64,000 nucleotides of DNA from a virus. Of the stretch, positions 57,077 to 64,000 are shown one piece after another; the first letter of the stretch is position 1; each line of letters starts with the position of its first letter. The stretch is taken from positions 32,001 through 96,000 of the IMG/VR virus record IMGVR_UViG_3300045012_000235; one strand, written 5' to 3'. The notes below the pieces were generated by a model that saw only the letters and a list, made by a program, of their open reading frames with translations, had not been told where the DNA came from and did no database searches. The position numbers were made by a program, and so were the translations under genes.

Positions 57077-57844
57077 ATGACGGAGAACATTTTCAATATC
57101 GGGATGATCGAAGTCGTTCGTCCGGAGGGACTCTTCGGGGGTGAGCGATGGGTTCAGCTTCGGTGCCACTACGCCGGTGATGGTAGTCCGCTTCTTGTGC
57201 AGATGCCGGAGAGGGCGTGGATGGGGGTGCTTGAGGCAGAACCGAGGACCCACTGCACGCTCGAAAACTGCGGACACATGCGGCAGCTCGACGCGATCGT
57301 CGACCTGCTCGGGATACACCGAGGCGGGATCTCGGTGCTCGATGAGCTCCGCAAGCGGTTGGAGTTTTGGGAGAAGCTCGAGACTGAGTGGACCGACGTC
57401 GGAGATGAATGGACCTACGCCATCAGGGAGGCGTTCCCGACACGCAGCGAATCGCACGACGAGTACGGTGTCGCGATGCAGATGGTGGGTCACAGGCACT
57501 CGAAGGGTAAGCTGGTCGCGCTCGTGAACTGGCTGCTCGTGCGGCTCAAGGACGAGGCGAGTCTTCGCGTTCAGGTGGACGAGCTGACGGCGCAGCGGGA
57601 TGCGTTCGGGCAGAAGGCACACCAGCTTCAGGAACGCGCGAAGGAACTGGAGGCGGTTGTCGGACCCGCGCAAGGGATTGCACGTAACGCGGCCGGTTCG
57701 GTGGTCTTATCGGCCACGGTGTACGCGCGCCTCCTGCGCCGGTTCAAGGGGGAGTGGAGCTACGACGAAAAAGAAACGCTGGACAGTCTGGCGGACAATG
57801 GGTGGTGCGCAGAGCGTGAGAGAGAACAGCTGGAGGAGGACTAA
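57077..57844 (+). CDS. hypothetical protein with coiled coil
   Basis: ATGA overlap; 255 aa. Confidence 0.6.
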   Translation: MTENIFNIGMIEVVRPEGLFGGERWVQLRCHYAGDGSPLLVQMPERAWMGVLEAEPRTHCTLENCGHMRQLDAIVDLLGIHRGGISVLDELRKRLEFWEKLETEWTDVGDEWTYAIREAFPTRSESHDEYGVAMQMVGHRHSKGKLVALVNWLLVRLKDEASLRVQVDELTAQRDAFGQKAHQLQERAKELEAVVGPAQGIARNAAGSVVLSATVYARLLRRFKGEWSYDEKETLDSLADNGWCAEREREQLEED

Positions 57845-58732
57845 ATGGCGTACGAAGCGAAGATCATCCTGGACAGCGTGGGGCCGAACGGTGCACGGCT
57901 GACGACGTTCGAGCTCGAGTACCCACGCATCGTACATTCCGAGTTACTCACGCACCGAATGTTTTCGCGCAATAGCGCCTCCTCCCGCGCGATCCCGACC
58001 GAGAAGCTCCTCGGCCGGATCGAAGAGGATCCGATGCTGCCGGTTTGGTGGGGGAAAAATCAGGCAGGGATGGCTGCTCGCGAAAGCTTGGAAGGAGATG
58101 CGCTCGACAAAGCGAAGCGGCTCTGGCTCGAGGCCACCATGAGCGGCGTTCGATACGCGCGCGAGCTGGGTGCGGTCGGGCTGCACAAGCAGGTCGCCAA
58201 CCGACCTGCCGAACTCGGCATGTTCATCACCGTCGTTTGCACCGCGACAGAATGGGGCAATTTCTTTGGGCTTCGTGACCACGCGGCCGCGCAGCCGGAG
58301 CTGGCTTACGTCGCTCATCAAGCGCATCGTCTCTATCGGGAGAGCCAACCAAGAGAGCTCAAATCGAGACAGTGGCACTTGCCGTACGTGACCGGATTCG
58401 ACGAAGAAGCTCTGCTCGCGTCGGATCACGGCGAGGACGCAATGTGCTGCATCAGCATCGGTCGATGTGCTGCCGTCAGCTACCTGAACCAGGACAAGCG
58501 TGATCCGCCGGCGGACCTGGCGCGTGCCGACAAGCTCGCGGCGGCAGGCCACATGAGCCCCTTCGAGCACGTGGCGCAGGCGATTACCGAAGAGGAGTGG
58601 GTGCTTTACGGCACCGAACTCGGCGCACGTTGGGTGGATTGCGCAGTCCCGGTGGGCAACCTGTGGGGCTGGCGCCAATACCGCAAAGAGCTCAAGAACG
58701 AGCACAACTTCTCGAAGATTGGAGCCGCGTAA
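57845..58732 (+). CDS. thyX: FAD-dependent thymidylate synthase (phage type)
   Basis: HSELLTHRMFSRNSASSRAIP, HKQVANR, NFFGLR...AQPE, GHMSPFEH. Confidence 0.9.
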   Translation: MAYEAKIILDSVGPNGARLTTFELEYPRIVHSELLTHRMFSRNSASSRAIPTEKLLGRIEEDPMLPVWWGKNQAGMAARESLEGDALDKAKRLWLEATMSGVRYARELGAVGLHKQVANRPAELGMFITVVCTATEWGNFFGLRDHAAAQPELAYVAHQAHRLYRESQPRELKSRQWHLPYVTGFDEEALLASDHGEDAMCCISIGRCAAVSYLNQDKRDPPADLARADKLAAAGHMSPFEHVAQAITEEEWVLYGTELGARWVDCAVPVGNLWGWRQYRKELKNEHNFSKIGAA

Positions 58733-59061
58733 TGGGCGCTCATCTCATCGACGACATGTTCCAGTCCGACAAGTACCCGACGACCCCGCGGGGGAAGGTA
58801 CCGCTCAGCACCGAGGATCCGATGGCGCAGGACTTGTTGTGGGAATACGCGCAGCGTCGGCGAATGGTCGACGCGGAGTTCTCGGACGATCTGGAGGCTG
58901 CGTTGGTCGCGTCCGGATTCCCTCGTAAAGAAACCGTGTGCTTCGACTGCCAACCGAAAGCTATTGGTGCATTCCAAGCCGTCGTTGAAACCGTGCCGCT
59001 CTGCGCACGATGCCGTAAGCCGTGCATTCGTGGGCACTGGGTACAGGACGGCTCAACGTGA
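58732..59061 (+). CDS. hypothetical protein
   Basis: FQSDKYP...L...DP.AQ.LL.EYA; TAATG coupling. Confidence 0.55.
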   Translation: MGAHLIDDMFQSDKYPTTPRGKVPLSTEDPMAQDLLWEYAQRRRMVDAEFSDDLEAALVASGFPRKETVCFDCQPKAIGAFQAVVETVPLCARCRKPCIRGHWVQDGST

Positions 59062-59314
59062 TCGATACCGGATGCGAGCATCCCTTCTCCGAGATCGTCG
59101 TCATCGGCGCGGACCTGACGCTCGTGCACTGGTGCACGCTCTGCGGGTCCATCCGTGACAACAACGGCGACCACGGGGCCCCGGCCGGCACATGGCGCGC
59201 ACCGGGTGGAGTCGTGCTACCGGGGTGGACGTGCTCGGCGTGCGGAGGAATGAACGGCTCTGCAAAGGAACTTTTGAAAGAGTGTCGAGGATGTGACGCT
59301 CCAAGGAGTCGATA

Positions 59315-59908
59315 ATGCCGCCGCCATGTGAGATTGTATGTCAACTATGCGGAGTAAAATTTGTAGACTACCTCAGCAATAATCGAAAATTCTGTTCGCG
59401 TCGTTGTCAGTGGAAATCTCAACCCCAGAAACACGGGCACGCAACGAGAGATGCGACGTCTTCCGAGTATTCTTCATGGGAAAACATGATTGCTCGCTGC
59501 TTTCAGAAGAATAGTCCGTGGTACGCGTACTACGGTGAGCAAGGCATCACGGTGTGCGAGAGATGGCTGTCTGCCGAAAACTTCCTCGCGGATATGGGAC
59601 CAAAGCCGACTCCAAAGCACACACTTGATCGTTTTCCGAATCGTCACGGAAATTACGAACCGGGCAACGTTCGGTGGGCGACGCGAGCTGAGCAGGCCGA
59701 GAACAGAGACGAGACGCGCATGTTTACGCATAACGGGATCACCGACACGTTACACGGGTGGGCCAAACGCCTTAGCCTCAAGCCAAGCGCTCTCGATGCG
59801 CGCATCCGCAGAGGTTGGTCTATGGAACGTGCGTTTACATCTGCAAGTGTACCCAGTGAGACACACCCGTTGACAGGTGGTAGTGTATGTGAAAAGAAAT
59901 CTCTCTGA
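59315..59908 (+). CDS. HNH-family homing endonuclease
   Basis: W.NM..RC...YG..GI.VCERW...F..DMG....TLDR..N..GNYEPGNVRWAT...Q..N. Confidence 0.85.
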   Translation: MPPPCEIVCQLCGVKFVDYLSNNRKFCSRRCQWKSQPQKHGHATRDATSSEYSSWENMIARCFQKNSPWYAYYGEQGITVCERWLSAENFLADMGPKPTPKHTLDRFPNRHGNYEPGNVRWATRAEQAENRDETRMFTHNGITDTLHGWAKRLSLKPSALDARIRRGWSMERAFTSASVPSETHPLTGGSVCEKKSL

Positions 59909-59917
59909 GGAGGATCC

Positions 59918-60172
59918 ATGAACGAGAAAGAGATGTGGCTGAATCTCGTGTGTGCGGGCGCGGCCGGCTACGAGGTGCCCGCCGACTTCGACGGCGACTA
60001 CGACGACCTCATCAACGACATTGCCGACGTCGCCGAGGGGTTCGCCGACGAGATGCTTGATCGGTTCGAGGAGAAGTTCGGTCCCATCCAGGCAAACGGT
60101 GAACGCGAGCGCCCCAAGCGCGAGCGCAGCAGAGGCAAAGGGCGACGAGCAAAGCCGACGGCGGAGGACTGA
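59918..60172 (+). CDS. hypothetical protein
   Basis: GAGGAGG RBS; acidic core, basic tail. Confidence 0.65.
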   Translation: MNEKEMWLNLVCAGAAGYEVPADFDGDYDDLINDIADVAEGFADEMLDRFEEKFGPIQANGERERPKRERSRGKGRRAKPTAED

Positions 60173-61165
60173 TGAGCACGCGACTCACCGATGCTGAGCT
60201 CGCGGCGTTTGTCTCGAGCGTTCGCGTCGCCAGCGACTACCCTCACCAGGACTTTGGAGATGTGGGATTTGTCTTCGAGGACCTTGAGGAACACCTCGTT
60301 CTCGAAGAGCTGATTTCCGCGCGCAAGGTCATCTCAGTGGCGCGACGCCATCGCGATCTTCCTTCCATAGGGGATGCCTTGCGCGGGTACGATGCGCTGT
60401 TTTCGGGATCGGCCGATGAGTAACCCCGTTCCAGACTGGCTTGTGGTCGGGGCTCTTGTCACGCTGCCCGATCTCGACAATCGCACGTCCAAGCACGGGA
60501 ACCGCTACCGCGTCGTCCACGTCAAGCCGTCGGAGCTCGTGGCGACCGGCATCGAGGTAGGTGTGCAGCCGGTCGACGCGCCGGAGTACAAGCAGCCCAA
60601 GTGCGTCAGCATGAACCATTGCGAGCGGTTGGAATCAGTCAGCGCTTCCGATCGGCCTCTTCCGAGGTTCTTGGCATGAGTGAGGAGATCGTCGCCCAAG
60701 GCAAGGCGTTCCTGGTGGGTGTGCAGTTCGTCAAACGCGATCCGTCGTCCGCTAACATCGCGCAGGCGTATCTCAAGCTCCAGGACGACGCGGACGGCCA
60801 TCCGTTCAAGGTGGCTGTGTCCGCCGAGGACGCGCACAAGTTCTCAAAGTACCTAGAACGGTTCGAGGGTGAGGACTACGCGGACGTCGAGATCACATTC
60901 ACGATCCGGAAGGATGAGACATGAGTATTCAGTTTGAGTGTCCAACGTGCGGCGCCAGGCACGCACGCGGTTTTGTCAACGGAGTGGATGTTTTCCGGTG
61001 TCTTCGGTGTGGCTACTCTGGTTACGGCCACCACACCGACCCAGAGATTGATGCTGCCGTGCAGGCGGAGCATGTCGAGATCAATGCGCTTCATCGAGCA
61101 CTTGGCATTCCCGAAGTTCCTCAAGGCGTCGACCCGCTCAACGGGCCAGGGTAAGAGGATCGATC

Positions 61166-61492
61166 ATGGACGTAGTTCAAAAAGTGAAAGACCTGTCGAA
61201 CCTCGCGTACGACGAGAACACGTCGAAGCACGAGCGGCTTCAGGCTGCCATCGCGGCGCTTCGGCTCGTCGATCGGTTCGTGCTCGGCAAAAGCAAAAAG
61301 AAGATCGACGTGGCGACCGACATCGTCAACACCGTCGTCGGCAAGATCATGAACCCCGACTTCATGGAGGGGGTCGCGAGCGGTGTCGACAAGTTCGCGG
61401 ACAGCGTCGATCGGATCTTCGGAAGCGCAAAGAGAGTGTCCGATCGCCTCTCGCAGGGCGGTCGAAAGAGCAGCAAGCGGAAGTACAAATGA
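61166..61492 (+). CDS. hypothetical protein
   Basis: GAGG RBS; 108 aa. Confidence 0.6.
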   Translation: MDVVQKVKDLSNLAYDENTSKHERLQAAIAALRLVDRFVLGKSKKKIDVATDIVNTVVGKIMNPDFMEGVASGVDKFADSVDRIFGSAKRVSDRLSQGGRKSSKRKYK

Positions 61493-61740
61493 CCATCTGG
61501 GACGACGCCCGGGTCGAGCTCGCGCAGAAGACGCGCGCCCAGATCGAGGAGGAGACCGCGACCAAGTGGGCTGCGCGGGCGGCCGCCGCGCACGAGCGCT
61601 ATCAGCAGACCGGCAACGTGCAGTGGCTCCGCGATTTCGAGGACTACCTCCACGAGGCGATCGAGCATGCTGCGTTCGCCGACGATACGGGAGCGGTGCT
61701 GCAGTCCTTGCGGGCGTGGGCGCGTAATTCATACGGCTAG
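61489..61740 (+). CDS. hypothetical protein
   Basis: ATGA overlap; last gene before the strand switch. Confidence 0.55.
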   Translation: MTIWDDARVELAQKTRAQIEEETATKWAARAAAAHERYQQTGNVQWLRDFEDYLHEAIEHAAFADDTGAVLQSLRAWARNSYG

Positions 61741-61921
61741 TCGGCTTCTCCGTCTTCTCCAGACGCACCGCCAAAGAAGTGGTTGGATCGCTCCAGCTCG
61801 GCTAGCGCGGTTAGCTCGGCCAGCGCTGCATCTAGGCGTTTCACCAGATCGACGATGCGCGTCTCGAGCACAGAGCGGCTGATGCCGTGGAAGTCGAGGT
61901 ACTCGGTACGTTCGGCGGGAG

Positions 61922-62410
61922 TCATTCTCGGTGCTCCTTCCTCCACGCTTCCATCGCGTCGGCGATGCCGCGCGCCTCGGCGGCCTTCTCAGGCTTCTCG
62001 CCCCCGTGCTTCGCGGCCCACGCGCGAACGAACGCCGGGGCGGTCGGGTCACGCGCGAGGAGCGTGAACATCGGTTCGTCGGCTTCGGCTTTGTCGTAGC
62101 AGGAGAACTGGCTCGGGTTGTTCTTGGTACCCACGGCCCACGGCCGGTCAATAGGCTCGAAGCCGACGATGCCGGTGCCGGTTGTTGACTGGGCCTTCTG
62201 GTCCATGAGCCGCGCGCAATCGGCGCACGCGGGGGTCCGGGTCCGGTCCGGCCAGACGATCCGGCCAGTGGCGGTGGCGCCGCACGCCTCGCCCGTGGCC
62301 GGTATGATGATACGGCACGCAACGGCTCCCGCCGGCGCCTGGGGGTGGACGGTGGGTGCAGCCGTAGTTTCCTGCGTCTGCTCGGCGTTCGTGAGTCCGA
62401 CGGGGTTCAT
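61922..62410 (-). CDS. hypothetical protein with EPMFTLLARD C-terminal domain
   Basis: GTKNNP..F.CY..A..DEPMFTLLARDP.AP..V..WA...EA...A..M..WR. Confidence 0.6.
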   Translation of the reverse strand: MNPVGLTNAEQTQETTAAPTVHPQAPAGAVACRIIIPATGEACGATATGRIVWPDRTRTPACADCARLMDQKAQSTTGTGIVGFEPIDRPWAVGTKNNPSQFSCYDKAEADEPMFTLLARDPTAPAFVRAWAAKHGGEKPEKAAEARGIADAMEAWRKEHRE

Positions 62411-63108
62411 TGCACGGTTCCTTTTTTGCTGTTGCAGTCGGCGCAGAGTTCGTGCTCGTGCACGTAGGTGTCGAGCAAGTCCGCTACAGCCAGGAGCACG
62501 TTGGCTTCGACGCGAGCCGCTTCCTCTTCGTCGACCGGCGGTTTGCTCAGATCCAACCGGGTGTTGATGTGGAAGTCGCCGCCCCCGGAGAGCACCACGG
62601 TGACGACGGCCTCGACGGATTTTCCGCCAGTCGTGAGCTTCTTCATCAGATCTTCGGCGGACGCATTCATGATCGCGTTCTCTTCGTCGGGTGTCATTTC
62701 GTCTCCGTGGGGATGGCGCGAACAAGTTCAGTAACGAGATGCGGCTGTGCCCACGGCAAGCTCCGCGTGCGCATCGCCCCGCAGTGTGGGCAGCGTTTCA
62801 CACCCTCGGCGTACGCGATGGCGGAATTGTGGAAGCAGTCGCGGAGCGCGGTGGCGGCTTTCTCGAGCGCGAGCATCACTGCGACCCCTCGATGGCAACC
62901 GACTCGATGTCGCCGGCATCGTTGAACCCGACACTCTCGATGCGGAGCGCGGCGTCGAAGACGGGGTTGTGGAGCCCCTGATCCTTATCGAGCGGGCGCT
63001 CGCCGTTGAGTTGTTCGATGAAGCTCTGGAGTTGCGCGCACTCGGTGGTGTTCTCGCCGGTGAGGTTGAGAAAGACGAAGCCGTCTACGTTTCGGATCTC
63101 GATCTTCA

Positions 63109-63420
63109 TCACATCCTCGGAGGTGGGAAACCAAACGATACGAGTTCGATCGATTCGATGAGTTTGAGTGTCTTGCCCTCGACGCGCGCCACGTACCCGA
63201 TCGCGGCGTCGGCGGCGCGGTGCCACTCTTTGCTGGGGTGCTTGTCGTCGCACTGCCCTGGGCGGTACGCGGTCCACACGGCGCGCTGGATGATGCGTGG
63301 GACGAGTCTCCAGTGGCGAAGGCACATCAAGAGCTCCGGTTTGACGGGTTTGCCGCAGTCGCGCGCGTGGCATGTGTGCGGCAGCGGCTCGTCGAAGAGC
63401 TTGGTCTGCTTCGCGGTCAT
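63109..63420 (-). CDS. Cys/His zinc-binding hypothetical protein
   Basis: CHARDC......LMC..HW..VP...Q..VW..Y.PGQ. Confidence 0.65.
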   Translation of the reverse strand: MTAKQTKLFDEPLPHTCHARDCGKPVKPELLMCLRHWRLVPRIIQRAVWTAYRPGQCDDKHPSKEWHRAADAAIGYVARVEGKTLKLIESIELVSFGFPPPRM

Positions 63421-63914
63421 TGCTTGCTCTTGGGCGCCTTGGTGCGTATCAGCTTCTTCACGGTCGCCTTGGCCGCGCGCGAGACAGGTCGCGCCCGTTT
63501 TGGTATCGTCGACCTCGGCACCGGCTGGCTTCGAGCCTTCACGACGAGCGTCCCGAGTTCACGCCACTCCCCCTTGCTTAGTGATTTGCTGCACCCTCTG
63601 CAGGCGTGCATGCGGTCGAAGGCGGCTGACAACTCCAGATCGAGCGCGTCGGCAATCTTCCTTGGATCCTTCCAGTTCCCAAGCCACTCACGATCCATTC
63701 GCATCCGGGCGAGAGCTCGGATCACTGGAGCGAGTCCGGGGCCGCCCAGGATGTCGGTGCCGTGCGCGGCGAGGACGAACCGCGCGTGGGCACGAGCCTC
63801 GTAGTAGAGGCTATCGTCTCCCTTGTTGGCGACCGCCTGGATGCTCTTCATCATCTTGGCGACCATGTCGCCGGCATCGTCGTTGTCGAACGGCCCGGTT
63901 CCCCATACGCCCAT
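63417..63914 (-). CDS. DUF4259-like protein
   Basis: MGVWGTGPFDNDDAGD N-terminal signature; GGAG RBS. Confidence 0.7.
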   Translation of the reverse strand: MGVWGTGPFDNDDAGDMVAKMMKSIQAVANKGDDSLYYEARAHARFVLAAHGTDILGGPGLAPVIRALARMRMDREWLGNWKDPRKIADALDLELSAAFDRMHACRGCSKSLSKGEWRELGTLVVKARSQPVPRSTIPKRARPVSRAAKATVKKLIRTKAPKSKQ

Positions 63915-64000
63915 TAGCTCTCCTTCTTGTTGTTCATGCTCGGCATTCACCGTCCCCTACATCCATCGGTTTGATGTTGACCTCCACGACGCATAGCGAT

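Overview
The window is a gene-dense, high-GC segment of a large tailed-phage (or prophage) genome. No terminase, capsid, portal, integrase, tRNA or CRISPR array was seen inside it. Left to right: (1) a signal-peptide lysozyme/SLT-like gene, a CX5R phosphatase, fibre/receptor-binding-type genes (Asp-box propeller, collagen-like fibre) and a stand-alone response regulator (0.2-6.4 kb); (2) an 11-gene translationally coupled operon of acidic proteins with recurring x-x-E-A/Arg-rich motifs at termini and domain junctions (7.3-14.3 kb); (3) a leftward block of small genes with a DUF4160/DUF2442 TA-like pair, RHH regulators, a metallophosphoesterase and an intein-containing UvrD/Rep helicase (14.3-27.1 kb); (4) a rightward block ending in a Prim-Pol/helicase gene, with a structured leader upstream and an iteron-type origin downstream (27.2-35.5 kb); (5) VRR-NUC, Dam-like methylase and SF2 helicase; (6) a recombination module (DEDDh exonuclease, PD-(D/E)XK nuclease, Sak4-like ATPase, SSB-like protein, RecD/Dda-like helicase); (7) nucleotide-metabolism and accessory genes (Nudix, MazG-like, ParB-like, KGG, PyrE, HerA-like ATPase, ThyX, HNH nucleases). 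The two strongest novelty candidates are an apparently circularly permuted Cas4/AddB-type Fe-S nuclease (40565-41611) and the motif-tagged acidic operon, which may encode protease-processed capsid-internal cargo. All assignments come from reading motifs by eye; no searches were run. The host is unknown (a high-GC, signalling-rich bacterium such as a myxobacterium is only a guess).
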